Assembly: GCA_016204995.1 (NCBI GenBank)
Contig: JACQJR010000001.1
Coordinates: 473,666-537,665, forward strand
Reading direction: 5' to 3'
From: Candidatus Microgenomates bacterium
Lineage (GTDB): Bacteria; Patescibacteriota; Microgenomatia; UBA8517; JACQJR01
Length of the DNA: 64,000 bases
The notes below the pieces were generated by a model. That model saw only the letters and a list, made by a program, of their open reading frames with translations, did no database searches and was not told where the DNA came from. Made by a program: the position numbers and the translations under genes. Positions 18,694 to 27,859 of this stretch are shown here, in pieces; position 1 is the first letter of the stretch, and each line of letters opens with the position of its first letter.

Positions 18694-19023
18694 CTATTGT
18701 GTTACTTTAAATATCGTTACGTCTACTCCGGTAAACTCTTTGATAAATTGAAGAATAAGGAAGGCCGAGATAATAACCACAAATCCAATTAAAGCATAAG
18801 TTAAAGTTTGTTTGGCGCCTTCCACTCCTTGTTTATCGCCGCCGGCAGTTAAGAATTTAAACCCTCCACTAATTAACATGATAAAAAGAGCAATACCAGC
18901 TAGAGCTATGGCAATGGTAACTACATTGGAAAAAATTACCTCTAACCCTTTTATAGTAGCTACGCCGTTTTCAGTAGCTCCGGGTACATCTTCTAACTTT
19001 GTTTGCGCCAAATAATTAACCAT
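18694..19023 (-). CDS. T4SS pilin-like protein (VirB2/TrbC-like), paralog 1
   Basis: 109 aa. Core SGGFKFLTAGGDKQGVEGAKQTLTYALIGFVVIISAFLIL is shared by all eight paralogs. Confidence 0.65.
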   Translation of the reverse strand: MVNYLAQTKLEDVPGATENGVATIKGLEVIFSNVVTIAIALAGIALFIMLISGGFKFLTAGGDKQGVEGAKQTLTYALIGFVVIISAFLILQFIKEFTGVDVTIFKVTQ

Positions 19024-19112
19024 TAATTTAGTGTATCAATAGCTTAGGCAAGAAGCAAGTCATGACAGTGAGTTATGTTGAAATACTTATAGTAGTGAGC
19101 AACGCCGAACTA

Positions 19113-19502
19113 TTAAGGTTTAAGGCTGGGGATAGATAGATTAAGAATGTTGATGCCGAATAGGGCGTTAATTAATTGTAAGATGGCCCAAGCGGAAAAG
19201 ACAATGACCAATCCCACGAGAGCGGCGGTAATTTGACCTCTGGCGCCTTCAGTAGCTTGTTTATCCCCTCCGGACATAATCCAGCGGATACCGCCAATTA
19301 CTAAAATGAAAAAGAAAACTAAAGCGGCAATAACTAAAGTTAAGCTGACTAATCCAGAAACTACGCTAGCAGGAGTTAATTTACCAAGAGGCTCAAAATC
19401 TCCTTTAGCATTAAGATCAATTTTATCGGCAGCAAATGCGGGTAAGGCTGATAATAAAAAAGCCGCTCCGGTAGCGGTGGCGGTTTGCAGGGTTCTTTTC
19501 AT
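19113..19502 (-). CDS. T4SS pilin-like protein, paralog 2
   Basis: Signal peptide, then IGGIRWIMSGGDKQATEGARGQITAALVGLVIVFSAWAIL. Confidence 0.65.
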   Translation of the reverse strand: MKRTLQTATATGAAFLLSALPAFAADKIDLNAKGDFEPLGKLTPASVVSGLVSLTLVIAALVFFFILVIGGIRWIMSGGDKQATEGARGQITAALVGLVIVFSAWAILQLINALFGINILNLSIPSLKP

Positions 19503-19517
19503 AGTTACAATTAAATT

Positions 19518-19841
19518 TTATAAGGCCAATTTGCTAATGTCAAGAACTAAAATATTTATGTCAAAAAGTCCTTCTAGCAGGGTGGCTAAGGCAAAAACGG
19601 TAAAAACGATAAATAAACCAATTAAAGCGCTCGTCAGATGGCCGCGGGCTGATTCCACTTTTTGTTTGTCGCCGCCAGCCGTCATCCAAGAAATACCGCC
19701 TAAGAGCATCATAAAGATAAAGATAATAGCGGCTATGACTAAAGTAACTGTAATCAGCATCGGCAAAAGTTTAGCAAAAAAGTCCTCTCCTGACAGATTC
19801 TGTAAATCTTTATTTAATAAGGGATTAGTAACGCCTTTCAT
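19518..19841 (-). CDS. T4SS pilin-like protein, paralog 3
   Basis: LGGISWMTAGGDKQKVESARGHLTSALIGLFIVFTVFAL. Confidence 0.65.
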   Translation of the reverse strand: MKGVTNPLLNKDLQNLSGEDFFAKLLPMLITVTLVIAAIIFIFMMLLGGISWMTAGGDKQKVESARGHLTSALIGLFIVFTVFALATLLEGLFDINILVLDISKLAL

Positions 19842-19844
19842 AAT

Positions 19845-19905
19845 TATATTTAAATTTCTAATTACTAATTTTTAATTTCTAATCAAATCCCAATTCGGAA
19901 ATTAT
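19845..19905. repeat. Intergenic repeat copy (module A)
   Basis: taaatttctaattactaatttttaatttctaatcaaatcccaattcggaaat, abutting the paralog 3 start. Confidence 0.6.
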
Positions 19906-20298
19906 TTAGAACAATGAGAAATTAGGTTGATTTCTTTTCTGCTTTAGTTTATTAACTATTGAATTAAAAATCAAGTTTAATTCTTTAGCTTCTTGCCAAA
20001 TGATTTTTGCTTCATCTTTTAATTCTGGAACAGCTATAGGAATTATTCTTAGCCAATGCTTTACCTCTCTAGCTTCCTTTTTACATATACCAATTTTATG
20101 TTTAAAATCATCTCTGCTTTCTGCATCATCAGCTTCGCAATAATTTGCGCCTACGCTCGTTCCCGCCTTAACAAGCTGGGTTATTAATGGATCGGTGGTA
20201 GGACTTCTTGGAATTTTTCTACAAAATTTAATAATTTCCTCTCCAAATTTAGCTGTTCTTTCTTCCAGATCATATTGAAACTTTGTGTCATTGGGCAT
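19906..20298 (-). CDS. Four-helix-bundle protein (TIGR02436 family). Second paralog, inserted inside the pilin array.
   Basis: YDLEERTAKFGEEI...AGTSVGANYCEAD...ICKKEAREVKHWL. Aligns with 11748..12110. Confidence 0.7.
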   Translation of the reverse strand: MPNDTKFQYDLEERTAKFGEEIIKFCRKIPRSPTTDPLITQLVKAGTSVGANYCEADDAESRDDFKHKIGICKKEAREVKHWLRIIPIAVPELKDEAKIIWQEAKELNLIFNSIVNKLKQKRNQPNFSLF

Positions 20299-20347
20299 TC
20301 TTTAGATCAATTAGAAATTAGGTCAATTAGAGTAATTTAATTCTCCT

Positions 20348-20725
20348 CTATTGAGGAGATAAGGTTTTAACTACGTTTTCAATATCCAAAATAGTACTGA
20401 TGCCAATCAAGTTGGTAATTAGGCGGATTAAGAAAATGGCAAAGACTACTACTGCCAAACCGATAATGGCGCTGGTTAATTTACTGCGTGCTTCGCCCAA
20501 TTTATTTTTATCTCCGCCCGAGCTTAACCATTGAATGCCGCCAACTAACAGCTGAAAGATAAACCAGATGGCGGCAATAATGGTCATAAAGCCGATGACG
20601 TTGGAAATTAATTGAGCAAAAATTGCAGGGGCGTCAAAAGCGCTTTTATTATCGCCCAAACCCAGAGGTCCGATACCGCGAAAGCCTTTTCCACCAGAAA
20701 TATCAAAGGGTATTTGTAGTAACAT
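20348..20725 (-). CDS. T4SS pilin-like protein, paralog 4
   Basis: VGGIQWLSSGGDKNKLGEARSKLTSAIIGLAVVVFAIFLI. Confidence 0.65.
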   Translation of the reverse strand: MLLQIPFDISGGKGFRGIGPLGLGDNKSAFDAPAIFAQLISNVIGFMTIIAAIWFIFQLLVGGIQWLSSGGDKNKLGEARSKLTSAIIGLAVVVFAIFLIRLITNLIGISTILDIENVVKTLSPQ

Positions 20726-20732
20726 ATTTTAT

Positions 20733-21095
20733 TTATCCATCAATACTTGGTCCGCCGCTGGGTGGACGGAAAAGTTTTGGTTTAATCAAAATGGTGGGAT
20801 CGCCGAAGAGTATTTGTCCGAAAATAGCGCCTAAGACTAATGCTCCGGCAATAAATAATAAACCTAACAGAGATTGCCAAATTTTGGCCCAGGCTTTAGC
20901 CATATCGTCCGGCTTACCGCCGGCTGACAAGAACTGATAGCCGGCAATAATGATATTAAATAAAGTATAAATACCACCAGCGATAGTGAGAAAAAGAAGG
21001 ATATTGTTTAGAAAATCCACCAGTCCTCCCTCTTGCAGGCTGCCATACCTAGAAACACCAGGAGGGGGGTTTACTTCGCCGAAAATATTGATCAT
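20733..21095 (-). CDS. T4SS pilin-like protein, paralog 5 (more divergent)
   Basis: IAGYQFLSAGGKPDDMAKAWAKIWQSLLGLLFIAGALVLG. Confidence 0.55.
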   Translation of the reverse strand: MINIFGEVNPPPGVSRYGSLQEGGLVDFLNNILLFLTIAGGIYTLFNIIIAGYQFLSAGGKPDDMAKAWAKIWQSLLGLLFIAGALVLGAIFGQILFGDPTILIKPKLFRPPSGGPSIDG

Positions 21096-21097
21096 GT

Positions 21098-21457
21098 TTA
21101 AAATATTGGTTTTAGTATAGAAACTCCAGTAATAGTCTCAATTATTTGAATTATCCAATAACTGGTAAAAATAATCAAGAAGCCTATAACTGCGGCAGTA
21201 ATAGCCTGTTTGCCTTGAGCGGTTTTTTGTTGTTCTCCACCGCCTGCGCTCATAATAATTTTCAAACCTCCGAAAACAAGCAAGAAAAGCACAATAACGC
21301 CAGCAATGATATAGGCATTGGAAATAATAACAGAAATCAGTGAACCAAAACTTTTGACAGGGGAGTTAAAAGTGTCTCCAATATCCACAGCATAAGTAGC
21401 AGTTGGTATTAAAAACCCTAAGAGCCCAATTGCCCAAAAGCCTAATAGCTTCCTCAT
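21098..21457 (-). CDS. T4SS pilin-like protein, paralog 6. Start moved to the internal Met (MRKLLGFW) so it does not overlap paralog 7.
   Basis: FGGLKIIMSAGGGEQQKTAQGKQAITAAVIGFLIIFTSYWII. Confidence 0.6.
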   Translation of the reverse strand: MRKLLGFWAIGLLGFLIPTATYAVDIGDTFNSPVKSFGSLISVIISNAYIIAGVIVLFLLVFGGLKIIMSAGGGEQQKTAQGKQAITAAVIGFLIIFTSYWIIQIIETITGVSILKPIF

Positions 21458-21458
21458 A

Positions 21459-21782
21459 TTATTTGCTAAATATTTGTTGAATTTGATTAACACCAAAAAT
21501 TAAACCGATAGCTTGCACCAGCCAATAAGCAGTAAAGATAATCACAAAACCGATAAGAGCATGGGTTACTTTATCCTTGCCTTCTTTTAGTCCTGCCGGA
21601 TCTCCGCCGGAAGTCATCATTTGAAAGCCGCCAAAAATAAGAAAAAGAAGTACAGTAAGTCCCGCAAAGACGAAAAGGTACTTAAGTAATTCCGAAGTAA
21701 TACTACCCACAGAATTTAAATTTTGCTTTAAGCCTACAGCTCCTTGCAGCTGGTTCCAATCAATTTGAGCTAAATATTGCAT
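21459..21782 (-). CDS. T4SS pilin-like protein, paralog 7
   Basis: FGGFQMMTSGGDPAGLKEGKDKVTHALIGFVIIFTAYWLV. Confidence 0.65.
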   Translation of the reverse strand: MQYLAQIDWNQLQGAVGLKQNLNSVGSITSELLKYLFVFAGLTVLLFLIFGGFQMMTSGGDPAGLKEGKDKVTHALIGFVIIFTAYWLVQAIGLIFGVNQIQQIFSK

Positions 21783-21784
21783 AG

Positions 21785-21915
21785 TTTAAATTTCTAATTA
21801 CTAATTATTTTAATTAACCTAAATAAATCCCAATGACCAAATTGGGAAATTTCTAATTTTTAGTCATTATTTAGAGCAATTAGAAATTAGATTAATTAGG
21901 TCAATTTAAAATTCT
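21785..21915. repeat. Full intergenic repeat unit (A + B). A short insertion splits the cccaa..ttggg palindrome.
   Basis: taaatttctaattactaattattttaattaacctaaataaatcccaatgaccaaattgggaaatttctaa...gcaattagaaattagattaattaggtcaattt. Confidence 0.65.
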
Positions 21916-21920
21916 CTATA

Positions 21921-22703
21921 TTAGAATCCTGGTAAACCTAAAATATCAAGTCCGATTAATTTTAACAGAAATACGGCAAAAATCAGAAATAGCAAACCGG
22001 AAATAGCAGCAGTCAATTGTTCTTTACCGCCCTTTAGCTGATCTGGATTTCCACCCGAAGTGAGAATTTTGAGGCCACCTACTAAAATTAACAAAAAGGC
22101 AATTCCTCCGGCAATACCCAATATCCATCTTAGAGTCCATGTTACAAATTCGCTAGTATTAGTTACAGGGATGCATCCAAGTGCAGTGACTATACCCTCA
22201 TTCCCATCTGGGCAATTTGTAATAGCAGCCCCTTTTCCAGCCTCGCCGACTATAGGAGGGGAATTGGGATCTCTTACTATAAAAAGATTTTCCCCTACAT
22301 ATTTATCGGTAGGATCTAAAAATTCGCTGCTTTGTTCATATAACATAAGATGCCAAACTCCTTCTGTAAAGGTGAGTGAACCGCAATCGTTGTGTACATG
22401 TGTATCGCCACAAAAGTACTGTACTACTATTTTTCCTGCTGCATCAGGTTTCTGGTTATAGAATACATTTGCCTCGGCACCCTTTTTACCATCTCTGGCA
22501 ATTCTTTTTGTTATTAAGGTATATTCCTTATCGGCTTTTAATCGGCTAATAGTAATTTTGACATTCTGGGGTGTAGTAGGCGCAAAAAGGGAGGGATTAA
22601 TACTGATAACTTGAGCATTTGCTATGCTGTAATTTTTGGGAAAAACAAATAAAATAGTCCATAACCCCAGTAGTAAATAGAGGGCCAATAAAATCTTTGC
22701 CAT
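21921..22703 (-). CDS. Pilin-like protein, paralog 8, with a roughly 190 aa Cys-containing N-terminal globular domain fused to the conserved pilin core
   Basis: 260 aa. C-terminal VGGLKILTSGGNPDQLKGGKEQLTAAISGLLFLIFAVFLL matches paralogs 1-7. N-terminal domain has CGDTHVHNDCGS and NCPDGNEGIVTALGC. Confidence 0.6.
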   Translation of the reverse strand: MAKILLALYLLLGLWTILFVFPKNYSIANAQVISINPSLFAPTTPQNVKITISRLKADKEYTLITKRIARDGKKGAEANVFYNQKPDAAGKIVVQYFCGDTHVHNDCGSLTFTEGVWHLMLYEQSSEFLDPTDKYVGENLFIVRDPNSPPIVGEAGKGAAITNCPDGNEGIVTALGCIPVTNTSEFVTWTLRWILGIAGGIAFLLILVGGLKILTSGGNPDQLKGGKEQLTAAISGLLFLIFAVFLLKLIGLDILGLPGF

Positions 22704-22740
22704 TTACTAAATTGTAGCATGAAGGAAAACAAGGGGCAAA

Positions 22741-22860
22741 TCAATTTAATTTCTAATTCCTAATTACTAATTTCTAATCAAATCCAAATTTTGGGAAATT
22801 TCTAATTTTAGTCATTTTTTAGGTCAATTAAAAATTAGAATAATTAGGTTAATTCTAACT
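22741..22860. repeat. Full intergenic repeat unit (A + B) in the divergent region between pilin paralog 8 and the SpoIID-domain gene
   Basis: taatttctaattcctaattactaatttctaatcaaatccaaattttgggaaatttctaa...ttaggtcaattaaaaattagaataattaggttaattct. Confidence 0.65.
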
Positions 22861-22874
22861 GGTATAATTACTTT

Positions 22875-24602
22875 ATGAAATTGGTGTTAGCTGTTTTAGT
22901 AATCTTACTTTCCCTCTACGTTCTCGGTTCTAAGTTCTATACTCTAGCATCTAATTGTCCAGCGACGGATTATGATTGTCAGATTAAGGAAATCCAAGCA
23001 GAAATTGACGCCCTCAAACCAGCCCATGAGCAAAATGAGAAAGAACTGGCTGATTTACGCAAACAAATTAATAGTATTAAAAGCAGATTGGCCAATATTG
23101 ACAGCCAATTGTCAGCCTTGGCCAAAAGTATTGCCGCACGGGAAGAAGATTTGGAGCTACAAAAGCAACTATTGGAAATTCGGGTCAGTAATTTGTATGT
23201 GCGAAGCAGAGTTTATTCGCCGTTAATAGTTTTTCTGGCGGCCAACTCGGCGGCAGAATTTACCAGGGAATTAGTAATTAGGGAGCAGATTACTGCCGAA
23301 GACAGGCGGGTAATTGGAAGCCTGGCCGATGAGCTAATTAAGTTAAACCAGGATAAAGAAACTTTGAAAAACGCCCAAGCCAGTTTAACTAAAACTAAAA
23401 CCCAGCTAGATCAGCAGGCGGGGTTTTTAGCCAAAGAAGTAGAAAAAGTTGGTTCCTATCTTTCCACGCTTTCTTCCCGGCAAAATGAGCTACTGGCCTT
23501 AAAAGCCGGCGGCTTTTCTGCTTCCATTGGAGATACTCCACCGACACTTGAGCCTTGTTCGGGCCCGCCAGGTTCTTCTGCTTTTTGCGACCCCGGGTTT
23601 CGGGCCGCCTTTGCCGCCTTTTCTTTCGGGGCGCCGCATAGAAAAGGCATGAGTCAGTTTGGCGCTTTTGGCAGGTCTAAAGCCGGCCAAAGCTACCAGC
23701 AAATTTTACAAAGCTATTATGGCGATGTGGAGATTAGAAAAGTAGGCATGCCTGCTCAAATTAATACTACTGTCGGCGCCTTGGCTTTTGAAGGCAGATA
23801 TTTACGGGGCATTGCCGAAATGCCCACTAAATGGGCAGATGAAGGCGGCTATGAAGCCTTAAAGGCCCAGGCAGTCGCCGCCCGCAGCTATGCCCTGGCT
23901 TATGTCGGTTGGCGAATTGGTAATCCTAGTGCCGGGGGTAAAATTTGCGTCACCGAAGCCTGTCAAGTTTATAAAAATAGCAAAGCCGATAGTCCTGGTA
24001 GGTGGGCTGAGGCGGTTAGTCAGACTGAAGGAGAAGTATTGGTCAGTAAGGCGAGCGGTGAAATTGTCAATGCTTTTTATGCTTCAACGGCTGGCGGTTA
24101 TACCTTTTCTTATGCGAGCATTGGTCATAATACGCCGGGTTTGTGGGATACTTCTGATGGTAAAGGCGGCTGGCCGGATCAGTCTTGGGAGAAAAAGGCC
24201 GGCTCGCCATGGTTTTATAAAGCCTGGTTTAAAACCAGAAGTGGTGCCAGTTGCGGCAAAGCCAATCCTTGGTTAACCAGCGAGGAACTGGCTGATATTT
24301 TAAATGCCTGGCGGGTACTGGCGGGCGCTGGTGGTGACGTCTCGCGAGTTTCACCAATTACTACTTCGTGCTTTTCCGGCAATCCATATTCTCTTTCTGA
24401 TTTACAAAATATTGGCGGTTTTAACAGTGTTAGTGATGTTTCCGTAGTTTATGGTAATGATGGTTCTACTCAAACAGTCGGTTTTACTACCAACAAAGGG
24501 CAAGTCGGTGTGCCGGCGGAAGAATTTAAAAAGGCTTTTAATTTACGCGCCCCCGGCTATATCGGGATTAAGAGTAGCTTGTTTAATATTGTGAAGCTAT
24601 AG
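22875..24602 (+). CDS. Secreted coiled-coil protein with a C-terminal SpoIID/LytB-type peptidoglycan-remodelling domain
   Basis: Signal peptide, then a long heptad-rich region (QAEIDALKPAHEQNEKELADLRKQ...). The SpoIID signature is EGGYEALKAQAVAARSYALAYVGWR. Confidence 0.6.
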   Translation: MKLVLAVLVILLSLYVLGSKFYTLASNCPATDYDCQIKEIQAEIDALKPAHEQNEKELADLRKQINSIKSRLANIDSQLSALAKSIAAREEDLELQKQLLEIRVSNLYVRSRVYSPLIVFLAANSAAEFTRELVIREQITAEDRRVIGSLADELIKLNQDKETLKNAQASLTKTKTQLDQQAGFLAKEVEKVGSYLSTLSSRQNELLALKAGGFSASIGDTPPTLEPCSGPPGSSAFCDPGFRAAFAAFSFGAPHRKGMSQFGAFGRSKAGQSYQQILQSYYGDVEIRKVGMPAQINTTVGALAFEGRYLRGIAEMPTKWADEGGYEALKAQAVAARSYALAYVGWRIGNPSAGGKICVTEACQVYKNSKADSPGRWAEAVSQTEGEVLVSKASGEIVNAFYASTAGGYTFSYASIGHNTPGLWDTSDGKGGWPDQSWEKKAGSPWFYKAWFKTRSGASCGKANPWLTSEELADILNAWRVLAGAGGDVSRVSPITTSCFSGNPYSLSDLQNIGGFNSVSDVSVVYGNDGSTQTVGFTTNKGQVGVPAEEFKKAFNLRAPGYIGIKSSLFNIVKL

Positions 24603-24605
24603 TGA

Positions 24606-24690
24606 TATAATTGACCTAAATAATGTCCAAGATTGGTAAATTTCTAAAATTTGGGATTTATTTAGATATTAGATATTAGAAATTTTTACC
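24606..24690. repeat. Intergenic repeat copy (module B-like, gaaatttc/attag words)
   Basis: ttgacctaaataatgtccaagattggtaaatttctaaaatttgggatttatttagatattagatattagaaattt. Confidence 0.5.
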
Positions 24691-24693
24691 TTT

Positions 24694-25389
24694 ATGCCGG
24701 ATATTTACATAGATAATTCAAAAAAAGATAGTTCTGGGTCTGGAGTTGGTAGTTCGGCGAAGGATAAAAAAATAGTATCAGATTCTCCTAACCCTGAACT
24801 TATCACTCATAACCAACCTGGCCATACTCATAATCCCTTAGCCTCCTATTGCTATCAGCCGGAAAATGTTTCTTTTGAAACACAAGATCCCCAAGAAAAA
24901 ATAATTTTATTTCTACGCAAGCACCCTATTATCAATCTTCCTTGGATAATTATTGCGGTAATTCTATTACTGGCGCCCACTTTTATTTTACCAATTTTTC
25001 CCTTGCTTTCCTTCCTGCCGGCTAAATTTCAGCTAGTAGCTATTTTAGGTTGGTATCTGGTGACAGTGGCTTTTATTTTGGAAAACTTTTTATCTTGGTT
25101 TTTCAACGTGGATATAGTGACTGATGAAAGGGTGATTGATATAGACTTTCATAATTTAATTTATCGTGAGGTATCGGAAACAAAGATAGATAAAGTTCAG
25201 GATGTAACTTATAAAATGGGAGGTGTACTGCGAGCTATGTTCAATTATGGTGATGTATTTTTACAGACAGCCGGTACGGTGCCTAATTTTCAATTTTTGG
25301 CAGTGCCTAGGCCAGATGAGGTAGTAAAAGTCTTGCAAGCTTTGAGAATGGAAGAAGAACAGGAAGCTTTGGAGGGGAGGGTTAGATAA
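24694..25389 (+). CDS. Membrane protein with a bacterial PH domain (bPH_2, YdbS/YdbT-like)
   Basis: Two TM helices, then DERVIDIDFHNLIYREVSETKIDKVQDVTYKMGGVLRAMFNYGDVFLQTAG, typical of bPH_2. Confidence 0.5.
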   Translation: MPDIYIDNSKKDSSGSGVGSSAKDKKIVSDSPNPELITHNQPGHTHNPLASYCYQPENVSFETQDPQEKIILFLRKHPIINLPWIIIAVILLLAPTFILPIFPLLSFLPAKFQLVAILGWYLVTVAFILENFLSWFFNVDIVTDERVIDIDFHNLIYREVSETKIDKVQDVTYKMGGVLRAMFNYGDVFLQTAGTVPNFQFLAVPRPDEVVKVLQALRMEEEQEALEGRVR

Positions 25390-25390
25390 A

Positions 25391-25606
25391 ATGCCGGTTG
25401 ATAATTCAGTAATTTGGCTGGCTGGTAAATTATTTGCCATTGTGGCTTTTGCTATTTATGTGATTTTTGCGGCGGTGGTAGTGCGCCAGGTCTATTTAAT
25501 GACTAAAACTATTAGTGTGGGTTTTGAGTTACCTGTTCAGACAATAGCCTGGATACACCTTATAATAGCGGTGGCGATCTTATTATTTGTGGTTGTTTTT
25601 CTCTAA
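25391..25606 (+). CDS. Small two-TM membrane protein
   Basis: 71 aa, two hydrophobic helices. One-nucleotide gap from the upstream gene. Confidence 0.35.
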   Translation: MPVDNSVIWLAGKLFAIVAFAIYVIFAAVVVRQVYLMTKTISVGFELPVQTIAWIHLIIAVAILLFVVVFL

Positions 25607-25625
25607 ACGAAATTCCCTTCACCCT

Positions 25626-27413
25626 GCCATGCTGCAAATTACAAAGATTATCGGTCGTCAAACTGATGCCTGGTCTGAAGTCTACGTTAAAAACGGTTTA
25701 GTAATTTTACTAATAGCCCCCAGCCAGGAAATTGGCAGTCCCATTTTAAAAGAGATAGTTGAGTCTAATAATCTACCTTCTACCCTCCACCATCTACCAT
25801 CCGATGATATAACTGCAATTGCTTTATTATTTAAAAGCGGTTATGTCCGCGGCTGGGTTTTAGGAAATGTTCAACTCAACATTGGCCGCAATGGCAAAAC
25901 CGGCATTTTGGTGGCTGGTAAAAAAGGTGAAGCAAAATCAGTCAATGGTCCGGCAAAGCCGGGTGATACTTTGTTGTTAACAACTACTTCTTTATTTGCG
26001 GCTGTGCCGGATAAAGAAATTACGGCTGGGTTAGTCAATCCCACCAGTGAATCTTTTTCTCAAATTGCCAGTTTTATTGGTAAGTACAATAAAGATTTAG
26101 TAGCTAGTGTTTTCGTACACCTGCCTGCGCAGGCAGGCTTACCCCGATCTAATCAGGGTCTGTCAGGCAAAAAATTTAATATCAAGGTGGTGCGGGTAAA
26201 ATTGCCTAAGTTGCCCCAAGCATCCAGACGAGCTTTCAGTAATACCATATTTTTATCTTCACTTTTCCTCAAACGCTTAAGAAGGCGGGAAATTTATATT
26301 AGCGAAAACCATCCTAAAAGAAGCGCTTTTATTATGGGAATTAGCTTTTTGGTGATGGTGACCTTAGTAGTTGTAATTGGTATGCAACGATCTTCCCAAG
26401 AAACAGCTTTAGCCAAATATCAACCATTAATGATCCAAATTGGTAGCAATCTGCAAGCAAGTAAGGATTTGGTAGAGCTTAACGCGGCTCGGTCGCAAGA
26501 GCTGGCCCGTCAGGTTAAAAATGATTTAGCAAGTCTGGCCGCGGACAGTCCTAAAAATAAAAATGTACTGGAATTTATTAATCAAACAGAAAGCGACTTA
26601 AACGACTTATTGGGGGAATATCGGGTAACCCCGTCGGTGTTGGTTGATTTAAGCTTGGTCCGGGATGGATTTCAAACGGGGGAAGTAGCCCTAGATGGCG
26701 AGAAAATCACCGTTTTGGATAACCAAAAGCGTCTATTGATCTCTTTTGACTTTGCCGGCCGTAATATGAAAGTGTTGGCTGGACCGGATACAATTCCTCA
26801 AGCCAGACTGGTAGCTATTGATGACGGTCAAGTTTTTGTTTTGGACGGTCAAAGGGTGGCTCGCATTGAGCAAAGCAGTAGTCAAACCACCGCTCGTTCA
26901 GCGATTATTCCTGAAGGCAGCTGGGGCAGAATTTCCCATCTAGCCGCTTTTACCGGCAATCTTTATCTTCTGGATTCGGCTAAAAATCAGATTTGGCGCT
27001 ATAGTGAGGCAAGTTCGGAACGGGCAGGAGCAGGTGAAGCTTGGCTAGCTAAAGATACAGTTATTGATTTAAGTAATATTAATTCCATGGCCATTGATGG
27101 ATATCTTTGGTTATTGGATAAAAATGGCCAGATCAGTCGCCTGTCGCGGGGGAATAAGGTAGGTTTTAATGTGACAGGGTTAGAAAAGGCTTGGATTACA
27201 CCTGTTGCCTTATTTACCGCTGAAAATCTGAAAAATCTTTATATTTTAGATGCTGAAAAAAAGCGGGTAGTGGTAATTGATAAATCCGGTGTTTATCACG
27301 CTCAATATTTATCAGATCAGTTAAAAGAGGCAACAAATTTAGTAGTTTCCGAGGAGAATAAAAAGATGTTAATTTTTGCCGGCAGCAAAGTCTATGAAAT
27401 TGAGCTAAAATAG
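25626..27413 (+). CDS. Hypothetical protein with one mid-protein TM helix. Start placed at the internal Met (MLQITKII).
   Basis: Long ORF. TM segment SAFIMGISFLVMVTLVVVIGM. The C-terminal half is repetitive and beta-rich (possible propeller). Carries an in-frame LPAQAGL palindromic insert. Confidence 0.45.
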   Translation, partial: AMLQITKIIGRQTDAWSEVYVKNGLVILLIAPSQEIGSPILKEIVESNNLPSTLHHLPSDDITAIALLFKSGYVRGWVLGNVQLNIGRNGKTGILVAGKKGEAKSVNGPAKPGDTLLLTTTSLFAAVPDKEITAGLVNPTSESFSQIASFIGKYNKDLVASVFVHLPAQAGLPRSNQGLSGKKFNIKVVRVKLPKLPQASRRAFSNTIFLSSLFLKRLRRREIYISENHPKRSAFIMGISFLVMVTLVVVIGMQRSSQETALAKYQPLMIQIGSNLQASKDLVELNAARSQELARQVKNDLASLAADSPKNKNVLEFINQTESDLNDLLGEYRVTPSVLVDLSLVRDGFQTGEVALDGEKITVLDNQKRLLISFDFAGRNMKVLAGPDTIPQARLVAIDDGQVFVLDGQRVARIEQSSSQTTARSAIIPEGSWGRISHLAAFTGNLYLLDSAKNQIWRYSEASSERAGAGEAWLAKDTVIDLSNINSMAIDGYLWLLDKNGQISRLSRGNKVGFNVTGLEKAWITPVALFTAENLKNLYILDAEKKRVVVIDKSGVYHAQYLSDQLKEATNLVVSEENKKMLIFAGSKVYEIELK

Positions 27414-27418
27414 TCATC

Positions 27419-27859
27419 ATGCAGATTCTTAACCGCCGCGCCCCTTACGAGTACATATTATTAGACAGAATTGAAGCTGGAATTATGCTGGCTGGCAGTG
27501 AGGTTAAATCTATCAAAAACGGCCGCTTAGATCTCTCTACCAGCTTTGCCAGAATTAATAATGGAGAGGTTTATCTGGTTAATGCCAATATCCCTCCTTA
27601 CCAGGGAGGAGTACCGGAAAATTATGATCCTAGCCGTAGCCGTAAGCTTCTTTTAAGTAAAGATGAAATCCTGTCTTGGGAGACTAAATCCAAGCAGCAA
27701 AAATTGACAATTGTGCCCACCAAAGTATATACTAAAGGACAGCTGGTTAAGGTGGAATTAGCCTTGGCCAAGCCTAAACGCCAGTTTGAAAAACGTGAGG
27801 CTAAGAGAAAAAAAGATGTGGCGCGTGAGGTAGAAAGAGAACTTAGATTACGGGGATGA
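27419..27859 (+). CDS. smpB: SsrA-binding protein SmpB
   Basis: 146 aa. RRAPYEYILLDRIEAGIMLAGSEVKSIKNGRLDL...SRKLLLSKDEI is a classic SmpB sequence. Confidence 0.9.
   Translation: MQILNRRAPYEYILLDRIEAGIMLAGSEVKSIKNGRLDLSTSFARINNGEVYLVNANIPPYQGGVPENYDPSRSRKLLLSKDEILSWETKSKQQKLTIVPTKVYTKGQLVKVELALAKPKRQFEKREAKRKKDVAREVERELRLRG

Noticed and set aside
18580-24690. Possibility that the recurring intergenic repeats form a CRISPR array
   Set aside because: Copies are 50-130 bp, variable and AT-rich, sit one per intergenic region next to start codons, and have no uniform short spacers. No cas genes are present.
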